DNA of 64,000 nt from Candidatus Omnitrophota bacterium (GCA_037146775.1 JBAWWL010000008.1:6160-70159); one strand, 5' to 3'; counted from the stretch's first letter, positions 40,053 through 50,787 are shown. The notes: a model not told the origin generated them from the sequence alone. Numbers and translations: made by a program.

Positions 40053-40486
40053 AGAAACCAGAGACCAGAAACCAGAGGACAGAAGTCAGAAGACGGAAGA
40101 CAGAGGTCAGAGGTCAGAAGTCAGAAGACAGAAGACAGAGGACAGAGGACAGAAGGCAGAGGGGAAAGATAATAGTTCCGAAGTTAAAATTTGACGAAAA
40201 GGGGCTTATCCCTGCAATCGTTCAAGATGTAAAAAACGGCGATGTACTTATGATCGCTTATATGAATGAAGAGTCTCTGCGTATCACCTTGAAAGAAAAA
40301 AGGACTTGTTTTTATTCTCGTTCGCGCCAAACCCTGTGGAGAAAAGGCGATACCAGCGGGCATATCCAGAAAGTGAAGGCTGTGTGCTATGATTGTGATT
40401 GCGACGCGCTTCTGATTAAAGTTGAGCAAACAGGCGTGGCGTGTCACACTGGAGAGAGCAGCTGTTTTTATAGAAAAATTATTTGA
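40049..40486 (+). CDS. hisI: Phosphoribosyl-AMP cyclohydrolase with N-terminal heptamer-repeat-encoded extension
   Basis: HisI core [15 protein letters not shown]...C-x-x-C metal site. The first ~35 codons are a 15 x 7-nt repeat array encoding [21 protein letters not shown]... The true start could be downstream and non-canonical. Confidence 0.75.
   Translation: MKKPETRNQRTEVRRRKTEVRGQKSEDRRQRTEDRRQRGKIIVPKLKFDEKGLIPAIVQDVKNGDVLMIAYMNEESLRITLKEKRTCFYSRSRQTLWRKGDTSGHIQKVKAVCYDCDCDALLIKVEQTGVACHTGESSCFYRKII
40055..40159 (+). repeat. Heptanucleotide tandem array (15 units; aaaccag/aggacag/aagtcag/aggtcag...), 105 nt in-frame
   Basis: Direct reading. Same repeat family as 24636-24760 and 60612-60671. 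Confidence 0.75.
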
Positions 40487-40510
40487 AGTAATCACTATGG
40501 TAATATTATT

Positions 40511-42001
40511 ATGGAAATAACTCCTACGCTAAAAGATTTCTTGCGAGTGACGAAAACCAATAATCTTATTGTTTTGTCACACACATTCTATGCGGACTCG
40601 CTTACTCCGGTTTCTATCTATCATACTTTATCCAAACAGTTAAAAGGGGAAAGTTTTCTTTTGGAATCTGTAGAGGGGGAAGAAAAGGTAAGCCGTTTTT
40701 CCTTTCTTGGATTCATGCCTATATGTACCTTTAGAAGCAAGGATAGAAAAGTTTATATCAATGAAGGCAAGGAAGTTGTTTTTGAAACCAAGAAAGATCC
40801 TTTATATGAGTTGCAAAAGTTGATGCGTAAATTCAAGGTTGCTCCCAAGGAAAATTTACGTTTTTTTGGAGGTTTTGTCGGTTATGTCGGCTATGACGTG
40901 GTAAAGTTTTATGAGCCAGTAGGAAAATCTTTGCCGGACTGTCTCGGTGTTCCCGATATCTACCTTGTATTACCGAAATTTCTGATTATTTTTGACCATT
41001 TGAAAAGGCAAATAGAAATGCTTTCATTCGTGGCGATTGGACACCGGAAAGATTTAAGGAAAGTATACGCCGAGGAAAAGTCTCGCCTGGAAACGCTTTG
41101 TAAAAAAATGTATACCCCTTCTCGTTTGTCGGCGCTATCGTTTATTGCGGGTAAGCCTGAGGCTACGCAATGCAACATGAGTAAACACGATTTTCTCGCA
41201 AAGGTTAAAAAGGCAAAAGAATATATCAAAAACGGAGATATCATACAGGTGGTACTGTCTCAGCGATTTTCGCTGCCCTTCACCGGTAAGGCGTTCGATG
41301 TATACCGATACTTAAGAATTCTTAATCCGTCTCCTTATATGTTTTACCTTAATTTTAGAGAGGTACAGTTGGCCGGTTCTTCCCCGGAAATGTTGTTGCG
41401 TTGCGAACACAATGAGCTTATTACCCGGCCCATAGCCGGCACACGTAAACGAGGCAAGAATGAAGAAGAGGATAAAGCCCTGGAGCGTTCTTTGCTCGAT
41501 GATCCGAAAGAAAAAGCGGAACATATTATGCTGGTTGATTTAGCCAGAAACGACGTAGGAAGAGTTGCGGCACGAGGGAGCGTACGTACGCCTCTTTTTA
41601 TGACGGTGGAACGTTTTTCGCATGTAATGCATATTGTCAGTGAAGTTAAGGGGACGCTTGAGAAAGGAGAAAATATATTTCGCGCATTAAGCTGTTGTTT
41701 TCCTGCCGGAACGGTCAGTGGCGCTCCTAAGGTACGGGCGATGCAGATCATCAACGAACTGGAGCCGGAGGCACGGGGTATCTATGCGGGTTCGGTCGGA
41801 TATTTTTCCTTCACAAACAGCCTAGATACGTGTATAATAATACGAACGGTAGTATTTAAGAATAATCGTGCATATATTCAGGCTGGAGCCGGTATTGTCA
41901 GCGACTCCAAACCTGACATGGAATATAAAGAAACGGTTAATAAAGCGAAAGCGCAAGTATTAGCTGTACACTTAGGGAATAGAAAGGAGGACGAGATATG
42001 A
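40511..42001 (+). CDS. Chorismate-binding enzyme, anthranilate synthase component I / aminodeoxychorismate synthase component I family
   Basis: C-terminal chorismate-binding domain (GAGIVSDS, PKVRAMQII). 496 aa. No adjacent glutamine amidotransferase, so TrpE versus PabB is unresolved. Confidence 0.7.
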   Translation: MEITPTLKDFLRVTKTNNLIVLSHTFYADSLTPVSIYHTLSKQLKGESFLLESVEGEEKVSRFSFLGFMPICTFRSKDRKVYINEGKEVVFETKKDPLYELQKLMRKFKVAPKENLRFFGGFVGYVGYDVVKFYEPVGKSLPDCLGVPDIYLVLPKFLIIFDHLKRQIEMLSFVAIGHRKDLRKVYAEEKSRLETLCKKMYTPSRLSALSFIAGKPEATQCNMSKHDFLAKVKKAKEYIKNGDIIQVVLSQRFSLPFTGKAFDVYRYLRILNPSPYMFYLNFREVQLAGSSPEMLLRCEHNELITRPIAGTRKRGKNEEEDKALERSLLDDPKEKAEHIMLVDLARNDVGRVAARGSVRTPLFMTVERFSHVMHIVSEVKGTLEKGENIFRALSCCFPAGTVSGAPKVRAMQIINELEPEARGIYAGSVGYFSFTNSLDTCIIIRTVVFKNNRAYIQAGAGIVSDSKPDMEYKETVNKAKAQVLAVHLGNRKEDEI

Positions 42002-42564
42002 TACGAATATTTGTGTCTTTAACTATTGTTATTCAGTTACTATGTATCCCCCTGTATGCGCAGAGCCAGGCACAGGCGGTTACAGAGAATAAACAAGAAG
42101 CGCAGTCAGGGGCAGCGAGCGGGCCAACTACAAATTTTCAGTGGGGTCCTACAGCTGAAGAGCAGGCAGAGGCGGCGAAGCAGGCTAGCCAAAAATTACA
42201 GAGAAAAGCAGATATTCAACCTGTCGTTCAAGCGCAGAATGCTATACAGGTGCCAACCGAAGAGCATCGGGCAGTGTTGATTACAAAGCGTTCAGGATTC
42301 AGTATTGACCAAAGTCCGCTAAGAAAAATTGCCCGCGGCGCAGTCAACGTGTCGTTGGGCTGGGTAGAGATACCTCGGCAAATGATCAAAGTGAACGAAG
42401 AGGGCGGTGATATTTCCGGAGTATTTTGGGGGCCTTTGAAAGGTTTTGCATATTTTATCGGGAGAACTGCGGTCGGGATTTATGAGATGACGACATTTTT
42501 GTTACCGCCGTACAAAACCGTCGTTGATCCTGAATTTATTTTATCCGACGAAGACGACGATTAA
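41998..42564 (+). CDS. Secreted protein, exosortase-system-associated (TIGR04073-like) candidate
   Basis: Signal peptide. RGAVNVSLGWVEIPRQ...GVFWGPLKGFAYFIGRTAVGIYEMTTFLLP resembles the R-G-x-x-N...G-W-x-E-I-P family. Acidic tail. Confidence 0.4.
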   Translation: MIRIFVSLTIVIQLLCIPLYAQSQAQAVTENKQEAQSGAASGPTTNFQWGPTAEEQAEAAKQASQKLQRKADIQPVVQAQNAIQVPTEEHRAVLITKRSGFSIDQSPLRKIARGAVNVSLGWVEIPRQMIKVNEEGGDISGVFWGPLKGFAYFIGRTAVGIYEMTTFLLPPYKTVVDPEFILSDEDDD

Positions 42565-42587
42565 ACGTCTAATTAAAAGGAGCGAGT

Positions 42588-42842
42588 ATGGTAAGAATTC
42601 GGTTACGCAAACCAGGAAAAGTTGCTAAAGGCAGATATCATTTTAAAATTGTGGTTATTGATTCAGCCCGCGCAAGGGATGCGAGGTTTATCGATGAGTT
42701 GGGCCATTACGATCCTTCCAGGCAACTTCTAAAAGTCAATGTTGAAAAATACGCCTCATGGGTCAAAAAAGGAGCTAAACCCACGGAAACGGTAAGTTCC
42801 CTCGTTAAACGGTATCAAAAAGCGCAAATCGTCAAAACATAA
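42588..42842 (+). CDS. rpsP: 30S ribosomal protein S16
   Basis: MVRIRLRKPG...FIDELGHYDP. 84 aa. Confidence 0.85.
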   Translation: MVRIRLRKPGKVAKGRYHFKIVVIDSARARDARFIDELGHYDPSRQLLKVNVEKYASWVKKGAKPTETVSSLVKRYQKAQIVKT

Positions 42843-42860
42843 TTAAAAAAAGGAGTACTT

Positions 42861-43148
42861 ATGCAGCCAAATCCACAGGCAGGATTATTCGGTATTGTTC
42901 CGTTGATATTTTTCGTACTAATGCTCTATTTTTTTATTTTTAGGCCTCAGCAGCGAGAGCAGAAACGGCATCGGGAAATGATAGGCAATTTAAAGAAAAA
43001 CGATGAAGTCGTAACTCTTGGGGGTATTCATGGCACCGTCATACAAGTGAAAGAGAAAACGTTTGTGGTGCGGATTGATGACAGTGCAAAAATAGAGGTT
43101 GATAAAAGTGCGATCTCTTACGTAGTAAAGGAGAGACAGAAAGAATGA
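42861..43148 (+). CDS. yajC: Preprotein translocase subunit YajC
   Basis: Single TM. FRPQQ-R-x-K...G-x-x-G-x-V motif. 95 aa. Upstream of secDF. Confidence 0.75.
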   Translation: MQPNPQAGLFGIVPLIFFVLMLYFFIFRPQQREQKRHREMIGNLKKNDEVVTLGGIHGTVIQVKEKTFVVRIDDSAKIEVDKSAISYVVKERQKE

Positions 43149-45307
43149 TTAAAAATAGCGATTTGAAACTGCGGTTTATAATTATTGCAGTGCTTACGGC
43201 TTTTAGTGCGCTATTAATATTTCCGCTCAATAAAAAAATAAATTTGGGGCTCGATCTAAAGGGCGGTATGTATGTAGTGCTACGTGCGGATACATCGGGC
43301 CTTGCGGCAGGAAAAGTCGCTGACGCTATGGGCGGCGCCATTGAAAAGATACGTAACAGAATAGATGACTTTGGCGTTAAGGAAACATCTATCAGTTTAC
43401 AGGGAGACAATTCGATTCTTGTACAGCTTCCGGGTGTTGTTGACAGGGAGTTATTAGAGAAACTGCGCCAGGTCGGAAAGCTTGAATTTAGGCTTGTGGA
43501 AGACGACAAAGAAAAAGTAGATGCCGCGCTTAAAGGCAACGTGCCGGAAGGATACGAGCTTAAAGAATATCAATCTTCACGCTTATTGGTACGTAAAGAT
43601 GCTGCGGTGTCCGGCCAGGATTTAGATAAAAGTTTTGTTGGTTTTGATTCAAACTATCAGACGCCCATCGTTCATTTACAGTTGACACCTGAGGGAACGA
43701 AAAAATTTGCCAAAGTGACCGAAGAAAACGTGGGAAAAATGTTGGCTATTCTTCTTGACGGTCACGTGAAAACCGCACCCCGCATTGATGAAGCTATTCC
43801 AAGCGGACAAGCCATTATTCGCGGAGATTTCAGTCTTGATGAAGCCACTACGACCACTAAAGTTTTGAATTCCGGCGCTTTGCCGGTGCCGCTTAATGTT
43901 GAAGAAGAGCGTACCGTAGGGCCATTACTTGGCTCCGATTCAATAAAGAAAGGAGTAAGTTCTTTATTGTTCGGTGCTGCGTTAGTCTTTATTTTTATGC
44001 TCATTTATTATCTCTGGGCCGGAGTAGTAGCGGATATCTGTCTTGTTTTTAACTTACTTTTTACACTCGCCGCCCTAAGTGCTTTTAAAGCTACTTTGAC
44101 CATGCCGGGCATTGCCGGCTTGATTTTAGCTTTGGGTATGGCGGTTGATGCGAATGTATTAATATATGAGCGTGTACGCGAAGAGCTCGCGGCGAAGAAA
44201 CCTTTAAGTAGCGCAATGAAAAGTAGTTTTGACCGCACGTTTTTGACTATTCTTGATTCCAACTTAACTACCATTATTGCTGCCGTGTTTCTTTTTATTT
44301 TTGGAACCGGTCCGATCCGAGGTTTCGCTACTACGCTTATTTTGGGCATTCTTATCAGCATGTTTACCGCTATTTATATTGGTAAAACGCTTTTTGCGTT
44401 TATGCTTAAACGGGGAATGCATAATTTACGTATGCTGCAGTTCTTCCCTAACACCAAGATAGATTTCTTGAAGCCGCGGCACATATTACTTACCATGTCT
44501 GTCGTGGTCATTACTTTTGGTATGATCAGTTTCTTTTCCAAGGGCAACAGTGTGTACAGCATTGATTTTAAAGGCGGGCAGGTACTCGAATATAAATTAA
44601 CGCCTGCGCCGAAGGTTGAAGAGGTGAGAAAAATATTAAGCGAAGCGGGAATGTCCGGATTGTCAATCCAAGATTTTAAAGATATCCAAGGCGGAATTAA
44701 TATAAAAAGTAAAGATGATATCGCCGATAAGGTTGAAGCTACTTTAAAGAAAAACTTCAAGACGGTGGATCGGCTAAGAATCGAACAGGTTGGGCCTACG
44801 ATTGGCAAGTTGCTAAAGACGAAAGCCATCTGGGCGATAGTATTCTCGCTCATAGGCATCTTGGTTTACGTATTTATACGATTCAAACATTTTGATTTTG
44901 CTCTTGCCGGTGTAATTGCGCTGTTGCACGATATTCTGATTGCTCTGGGGTTCGCTACGTTTTTCGGCTACGAAGTTGACATGCTTTTTATCACCGCACT
45001 CTTGACTATCGCCGGCTATTCTATCAACGATACCATTGTTATTTATGATCGTATCAGAGAGTTGGCGCCGCGGATGCATAAACTTTCCATAGCCCAAGTC
45101 ATGAATCAGGCGCTTAACCAGACGTTTTCCCGGACTGTCATTACTTCCTTGACCGTATTTTTTGTTACGCTTTCGATGTATCTTATGGGAGGAGAAGCGC
45201 TTAGGGGATTTTCTTTTATCCTTTTGCTCGGTTTTATTTCCGGTGTCTACTCTACCATATACGTTGCTTCTGCTTTAGTGATTATGTTCAGAAGAGTACG
45301 TGTTTGA
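43145..45307 (+). CDS. secDF: Protein translocase SecD/SecF fusion
   Basis: 720 aa. Two 6-TM blocks and a periplasmic domain. Pairs of RND-like SecD and SecF motifs. Confidence 0.85.
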   Translation: MIKNSDLKLRFIIIAVLTAFSALLIFPLNKKINLGLDLKGGMYVVLRADTSGLAAGKVADAMGGAIEKIRNRIDDFGVKETSISLQGDNSILVQLPGVVDRELLEKLRQVGKLEFRLVEDDKEKVDAALKGNVPEGYELKEYQSSRLLVRKDAAVSGQDLDKSFVGFDSNYQTPIVHLQLTPEGTKKFAKVTEENVGKMLAILLDGHVKTAPRIDEAIPSGQAIIRGDFSLDEATTTTKVLNSGALPVPLNVEEERTVGPLLGSDSIKKGVSSLLFGAALVFIFMLIYYLWAGVVADICLVFNLLFTLAALSAFKATLTMPGIAGLILALGMAVDANVLIYERVREELAAKKPLSSAMKSSFDRTFLTILDSNLTTIIAAVFLFIFGTGPIRGFATTLILGILISMFTAIYIGKTLFAFMLKRGMHNLRMLQFFPNTKIDFLKPRHILLTMSVVVITFGMISFFSKGNSVYSIDFKGGQVLEYKLTPAPKVEEVRKILSEAGMSGLSIQDFKDIQGGINIKSKDDIADKVEATLKKNFKTVDRLRIEQVGPTIGKLLKTKAIWAIVFSLIGILVYVFIRFKHFDFALAGVIALLHDILIALGFATFFGYEVDMLFITALLTIAGYSINDTIVIYDRIRELAPRMHKLSIAQVMNQALNQTFSRTVITSLTVFFVTLSMYLMGGEALRGFSFILLLGFISGVYSTIYVASALVIMFRRVRV

Positions 45308-47192
45308 TACCCTCAAGATCTACACTCAGAAAGAAATATCGCTTGCGGCGGTCCAGGAAAGGCTTTGTCAGCTAGGCTATCGCCGTGTTGATGAGGTTTT
45401 GGAGGAAGGCGATTTTTCTCTGCGCGGAGACACACTAGAACTGCTACCGGTTAATTTCAACTTTCCTTTACGTCTTGAATGGGAATATGACGTTGTCAGT
45501 AAAATCTACAGCTTTGATAAGGCTCTGAACAAAAAGATACTTGATTACGACTTCCTTATCGTTATCCCTCATTTTAAAAAAGCCAAACGCTATACCAACG
45601 AGGATTTTCCTCTCGAGGCGGTCTTAAGGATCAAAAAGGGCGACTATGTCGTTCATAGCCGCTACGGTATAGGCCGGTTCGCCGGCGTCAAGAAATTAAA
45701 AGTAAAAGACAAGGAAGATTATTATTTCGAAATTGAATATGATAAAAAAGATAAACTTTATGTCGCCAAGGAAGAAGCACATCTTATACAGAAATATGTA
45801 AGTTTTTCGCTTAAAAGTCCCCGTTTAAACCGGCTGGGCTCCAAAGAATGGGCACGGACGAAAGAGCGCGTCCAGAAAGGCATTAAAGAATTCGCGCTGG
45901 AGTTAATCCGGATGGAGGCCCAACGCAGCTTAATCGGAGGTTTTAGTTTTTCTGCCGATTGCGACTGGCAGAAAGAATTCGAAGCTAGTTTTCCTTTCGA
46001 AGAAACCCCTGACCAGGCTAAGGCAACAATGGAAACAAAGCGTGAAATGGAATTGCCGGCCTGCATGGACAGGGTTATCTGCGGAGATGTCGGCTATGGC
46101 AAGACTGAAGTGGCTATGCGCGCTGCGTTTAAGGCAATAATGGACAATAAGCAGGTTGCGTTTTTGGTTCCTACCACTATTCTTGCGTATCAGCACTACA
46201 CTAACCTTCTGCGCCGGCTACAAATGTTTCCGGTGCGAGTCGAAATGCTTAGCCGTTTTCGCACCGCGAGCCAGCAGGAAAGAATTATTAAAGATTTAAA
46301 AGAGGGCAAAATCGATATTGTGGTGGGGACACATCGTTTGATTTCCGATGACATTGCTTTTAGCGATTTAGGCCTTCTCATTATTGACGAAGAACATCGT
46401 TTTGGGGTTGAGCATAAAGAAAAAATTAAGAAACTAAAGGTCGGCATTGACGTGCTCACGTTGACCGCAACGCCGATCCCGCGCACCCTTTATATGGGGC
46501 TGATCGGTATCAAGAATATTTCGTTGATTAAAACCCCGCCTAAAGATCGGCTGGCAGTCGAAACAAAAATCATCCAGTTTAACCAGCAGTTTTTGAGGGA
46601 AGTGATTTTGCGTGAAACCGCACGCAGGGGACAGATATTTGTAATTCATAACCGAATTGAGACGATACCGCGGATAGAAAAAATTTTGCGTTCAGTTCTG
46701 CCGGAGCATTTGAGGTTGGCGGTCATACACGGGAGGCTGTCTTCAGCGGAGATCGAGCGCGTGATGCTTGAATTCATTGATAAAAAAATTGATTGCCTTC
46801 TTTCGACGGCGATAGTAGAATCTGGGATCGATATTCCCAGCGCCAATACCATTATTATCAATGATGCGCATACATTTGGTTTAGCTGATTTACATCAGTT
46901 GCGCGGACGAGTGGGAAGGTTCAATGTACAGGCGTATGCGTATCTGGTTGTGCCGGATTTATTTTCGATTTCAAGCGAGGCTCGCGAGCGCTTGGAATTG
47001 ATTGAAAAATTTTCTCATCTGGGCGCCGGCTTTGAGGTGGCGATGAGTGATTTGGAATTACGTGGTGCAGGCAATATTTTGGGAAGAGAGCAGCACGGTT
47101 TTATCTGGATGGTCGGCTTCGATTTATATTGCCGCATCTTAAAGAAAGAGATAGAATATTTAAAAGAAGCATTTAAAATAGACGCCAGTTAA
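45300..47192 (+). CDS. mfd: Transcription-repair coupling factor, short form (lacks N-terminal UvrB-homology D1a/D2 and C-terminal D7)
   Basis: Starts in a D1b-like segment ([14 protein letters not shown]). CarD/TRCF RNAP-interacting domain ([14 protein letters not shown]). SF2 translocase motifs [12 protein letters not shown] and the TRG motif LRGRVGR. 630 aa. Confidence 0.7.
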   Translation: MFDTLKIYTQKEISLAAVQERLCQLGYRRVDEVLEEGDFSLRGDTLELLPVNFNFPLRLEWEYDVVSKIYSFDKALNKKILDYDFLIVIPHFKKAKRYTNEDFPLEAVLRIKKGDYVVHSRYGIGRFAGVKKLKVKDKEDYYFEIEYDKKDKLYVAKEEAHLIQKYVSFSLKSPRLNRLGSKEWARTKERVQKGIKEFALELIRMEAQRSLIGGFSFSADCDWQKEFEASFPFEETPDQAKATMETKREMELPACMDRVICGDVGYGKTEVAMRAAFKAIMDNKQVAFLVPTTILAYQHYTNLLRRLQMFPVRVEMLSRFRTASQQERIIKDLKEGKIDIVVGTHRLISDDIAFSDLGLLIIDEEHRFGVEHKEKIKKLKVGIDVLTLTATPIPRTLYMGLIGIKNISLIKTPPKDRLAVETKIIQFNQQFLREVILRETARRGQIFVIHNRIETIPRIEKILRSVLPEHLRLAVIHGRLSSAEIERVMLEFIDKKIDCLLSTAIVESGIDIPSANTIIINDAHTFGLADLHQLRGRVGRFNVQAYAYLVVPDLFSISSEARERLELIEKFSHLGAGFEVAMSDLELRGAGNILGREQHGFIWMVGFDLYCRILKKEIEYLKEAFKIDAS

Positions 47193-47205
47193 AAAAGGAC
47201 AATAT

Positions 47206-48213
47206 ATGGAAAAAAATGTACGTTTCTCTATCGCGAGGTTTGCTATGCGTAAGTTTGTAGTTTTGGGGCTCACTAGCTTGCGGAGTTTTATTCTTTTCGC
47301 GGCACTGCTTACTTTCGGTTTTTCTCTTTATGCGGAAGAAGTCGACCGGATTATTGCGAAAGTTAATGGCCAGGTTGTTACCAGAAAAGATTTAGATGAT
47401 TATACCAAAGTGCTTGCGTATCGCTTTCCGGAACAGGCAGATGCGGTGGCTTTAGGTAAAGTAGACAAAAAGGAAGCATTACAGCGGCTCGTTGAAGATA
47501 CCCTTGTTTTAGACAGGGCAAAAAAAGAGAATATTGAGGTTCCCTCTTATGCGATTGACGGCCAGGTGGGGAAAATTATGGCCTCATACCCTTCTGCCAG
47601 CGAATTTGAAAACTCACTCATTGAACGCGGTCTTACGGTAACCTTGCTAAAAGAGCGTATTAAGGGGCAGTATCTTATGCGCCGTGTTATCGAGAAATAT
47701 GTAAATCTTTATGTGAATGTTTCTCCGCAGGAAGTGAGTGATTATTACGAGGCCCATAAAGATCAAATGGTTTCCGAACCGCGTTATCTGATCTGGATTG
47801 CCAAGGCAGACAAGAAAGAGCTGATAGATGCTATCGCGCAAACAGTAAAGACAAAAGGAATAGAGGAGGCTCATGCTGTCCACGAAAAGTTGTTGGTTAA
47901 GCTGGAGGCCGTGCCGTCAGAGCTTAAGGAAGGCATAGCGGTTTCGATTCGTAACCTTAAGGAGGGCGAGCAGACGGTGCAGGCATTCGGAAACCTGTAT
48001 TATTTTATGTATCTTGAAAAGATGATTCCTGCCAGCCAGCTTAGTTTAGCCGACGCAAAAGAAAAGATATTTGAAACTATCTATAACAAGAAATTTCAAA
48101 AACGGTTTCAGGAATGGATTGCAGAATTAAAAGAAAAAGCTTTTGTCGTTATCTATCTGCATGAGCTTTCTGGCCTCAAAATCTTCGATGTCCTATGTCC
48201 GCAAAACGCGTAG
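47206..48213 (+). CDS. SurA N-terminal-domain periplasmic chaperone-like protein
   Basis: Signal peptide. SurA_N-like helical domain (IIAKVNGQVVTRKDLD). Directly upstream of pdxA and rsmA, the classic surA-pdxA-ksgA order. Confidence 0.6.
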   Translation: MEKNVRFSIARFAMRKFVVLGLTSLRSFILFAALLTFGFSLYAEEVDRIIAKVNGQVVTRKDLDDYTKVLAYRFPEQADAVALGKVDKKEALQRLVEDTLVLDRAKKENIEVPSYAIDGQVGKIMASYPSASEFENSLIERGLTVTLLKERIKGQYLMRRVIEKYVNLYVNVSPQEVSDYYEAHKDQMVSEPRYLIWIAKADKKELIDAIAQTVKTKGIEEAHAVHEKLLVKLEAVPSELKEGIAVSIRNLKEGEQTVQAFGNLYYFMYLEKMIPASQLSLADAKEKIFETIYNKKFQKRFQEWIAELKEKAFVVIYLHELSGLKIFDVLCPQNA

Positions 48214-49124
48214 TTATTACTACGGGTGATCCTGCCGGCTGCGGCCCATATATTACCATGAAAGCGATTTACGCCCTCAGGCACGTAAAAGCCGATTTTT
48301 TTGTGGCGGCAGATAAACATGTGTTACAAAATACCGCTCTCTATCACGCGCTTACCGGAAGGATTACCTTAATAGACGCACATACGCCCGGGATTGAGAG
48401 ATTAGAGATAGGCAAGGTGTCGTTGCTTGGCGCCACGGCCAGCTTGAGCTATCTTGATCAAGGCTTGAAGGCCATGCAATGTTTAGGGATTGATCGTTTA
48501 GTTACCGCACCAGTATCGAAAGAAGCCGTGAAGCTGGTTTTACCCGGCTTCTGCGGCCATACGGAATATCTTGCTCGGCATTTCCGGGTAAAGAATTTTG
48601 CCATGATGATGGCTTCCCGAAAGCTTAAAGTGGTTCTTTTTAGCCGTCACCTCCCCTTAAGGGAGGTTTCCGGCGAGATCAGGAAGAAAGAATTACTCGA
48701 CACATTCTCTTTGGTGTATTCTTCTCTGAAAGAGAATTTTAAAATAAAAAATCCTGCCATGGCCGTCTGCGCGCTTAATCCGCACGCCGGTATCTCCACT
48801 TTTATGGAAAAGGAAGAAAGGGCAGTATACGAAGCAGTTAAGGCTTTTTCTGGCCGGATGCACGGCCCTTTCCCCGCGGATACGATTTTTATTCCTCAGA
48901 ATCTAAAAAAATACGATTGTATTATTACGCTCTATCATGACCAGGGAATGATACCTTTTAAGTTGCTTTCCTTAAAAGAAGGGGTTAATGTTACCGTGGG
49001 CCTTCCGATTATTCGTACTTCGCCCGATCATGGTGTTGCGTATGATGTGGTTAAGGAGAACAAAATTCCGTTCGCCTCCTCAATGATTGCGGCAATCAAA
49101 CTTGCCTTAGAACTTTCGGTATGA
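48195..49124 (+). CDS. pdxA: 4-hydroxythreonine-4-phosphate dehydrogenase
   Basis: ITTGDPAGCGPY N-terminus. PdxA metal-site motifs (LNPHAG, TLYHDQG). Confidence 0.8.
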   Translation: MSAKRVVITTGDPAGCGPYITMKAIYALRHVKADFFVAADKHVLQNTALYHALTGRITLIDAHTPGIERLEIGKVSLLGATASLSYLDQGLKAMQCLGIDRLVTAPVSKEAVKLVLPGFCGHTEYLARHFRVKNFAMMMASRKLKVVLFSRHLPLREVSGEIRKKELLDTFSLVYSSLKENFKIKNPAMAVCALNPHAGISTFMEKEERAVYEAVKAFSGRMHGPFPADTIFIPQNLKKYDCIITLYHDQGMIPFKLLSLKEGVNVTVGLPIIRTSPDHGVAYDVVKENKIPFASSMIAAIKLALELSV

Positions 49125-49888
49125 AACTTTCACATTCATTAGGCCAGGTATTGCTTAAAGATAAAGCGTGTATAGAGAAAATTCTTGCTACGCTTGAAAT
49201 AAGCGGTCAAAATGTGTTAGAAATTGGGCCGGGAACCGGTGAAATTACCGGCCGTATCCTTGAGGCGGCACGATTCTTGTATTGTGTTGAACTAGATACG
49301 CGTTTTTATAATCTTTTGCGGGAAAAATTTAAATCTTCTCATACCATTGAAATTTTTAATCAGGATATTCTTGATTTTAAGCTTTGCGAACTCAATACAA
49401 CGGTAGTTGTATTCGGTAACGTACCGTATCAGATCAGTAACAACTTGATGAGGTATCTTACCGACAACAGACAGTATATTCAAAAAGCCTACTTGACCCT
49501 GCAAAAAGAATTCGTGGATAAACTTATCGCAAGGGTTTCTACGAAATCTTACGGATTTTTAAGCTGTTTTATCCAGTATTACGCGCGCATAGAGAAAGTA
49601 TTTGATATTCCCGCGAAAGCTTTTGTTCCTGTACCGAACGTAGATTCGTCCTTTATCAGGCTTGAGTTTTATGGTCAGCCACCCTATTTGGCCAAGAATG
49701 AAATTTTTCTTTTTAAGGTCATTCGCGGCGCATTCAGCCAGCGGCGTAAAAAAATCATTAATGCGCTTGCTTTTCTCCAGGATATCAAAAAGGTGCTTTT
49801 AGCGCTGGATATTGACTCTAGCCTTAGACCGGAAAACCTTTCGCTTCAAGACTACGTGCGTATCTCTGATAAGTTTGCCCAAGGTTGA
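49121..49888 (+). CDS. rsmA: 16S rRNA (adenine1518/1519-N6)-dimethyltransferase
   Basis: GQNVLEIGPGTG SAM motif. NVPYQIS catalytic motif. Confidence 0.85.
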   Translation: MKLSHSLGQVLLKDKACIEKILATLEISGQNVLEIGPGTGEITGRILEAARFLYCVELDTRFYNLLREKFKSSHTIEIFNQDILDFKLCELNTTVVVFGNVPYQISNNLMRYLTDNRQYIQKAYLTLQKEFVDKLIARVSTKSYGFLSCFIQYYARIEKVFDIPAKAFVPVPNVDSSFIRLEFYGQPPYLAKNEIFLFKVIRGAFSQRRKKIINALAFLQDIKKVLLALDIDSSLRPENLSLQDYVRISDKFAQG

Positions 49889-49929
49889 TTTCCCGAATAA
49901 AAATGTTATAATTCTTCTATCTATACACT

Positions 49930-50316
49930 ATGGAAATAATGAAGAAACGGATATATTATCATGATACCGATTGTGGCGGGGTGGTTTATTATGCCAACTA
50001 CCTTAAGTATTTTGAGGAAGCGCGCACAGAGTATATGCGCGTAAAGGGCCTTGAGCTAAAAGAGTTAGCTGCTAAAGGTATATTATTCGTGGTACGCAGG
50101 GTAGAAATAGACTATAAAGCGCCTGCGCATTATGCGGATTTATTGGAAATTCATACACAGATTACCAAAACGAAGAATGTCTCCCTTGACTTTTTCCAGG
50201 AGATCAAGCGCGCCGACAAAACCTTAGTCAGCGCCACAACCACGTTGGTGTGCATTGATAGCACCTTTCGCCCCGCCGCCATGCCGGAAGAGCTTATTAA
50301 TAGCATGAGCCGGTAA
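49930..50316 (+). CDS. Acyl-CoA thioesterase, YbgC/4HBT family
   Basis: YHDTD...VYYANYLKYFEEAR hot-dog fold signature. 128 aa. Confidence 0.7.
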   Translation: MEIMKKRIYYHDTDCGGVVYYANYLKYFEEARTEYMRVKGLELKELAAKGILFVVRRVEIDYKAPAHYADLLEIHTQITKTKNVSLDFFQEIKRADKTLVSATTTLVCIDSTFRPAAMPEELINSMSR

Positions 50317-50663
50317 TGTATACAGTAATTAACAAAACAAAGAATCGGACGGTTGTCACCAAGGCAAAGACCGCTGATACGTTTTTCCAGCGGCTATGGG
50401 GATTAATGTTAAGGCCAGGCATGGAGAGCGAAGAAGGCCTGATTTTCTATAATGTTTCTTCGATCCACATGTTTTTCATGCGTTTTGCAATTGACGTTAT
50501 TTTTCTCGATAAACATATGCGTGTAGTGAAAATTTGCCCCGCATTGAAGCCCTGGAGCATGGCAGCCAGTTTGAAAGCCACCATTACCTTAGAACTTCCG
50601 AGCCTGAAAGCGGCCCAAGCGCAGGTTGAGATAGGCGATACGCTTGCATTTATCCCGCATTAG
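50316..50663 (+). CDS. DUF192-family protein
   Basis: About 115 aa. Pattern FFQRLWGLM...IDVIFLD matches DUF192. Confidence 0.5.
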   Translation: MYTVINKTKNRTVVTKAKTADTFFQRLWGLMLRPGMESEEGLIFYNVSSIHMFFMRFAIDVIFLDKHMRVVKICPALKPWSMAASLKATITLELPSLKAAQAQVEIGDTLAFIPH

Positions 50664-50787
50664 GAGTAAAATTCGTATAGTTTTCCCGCAAGGAAAATGC
50701 TTGTTCATTAAGGATTTTATGCTAATATATACCAATTGGGCATCTTGTTTTTCTGTATGCTAAACGTCTGCTAACAAAGGAGATACA

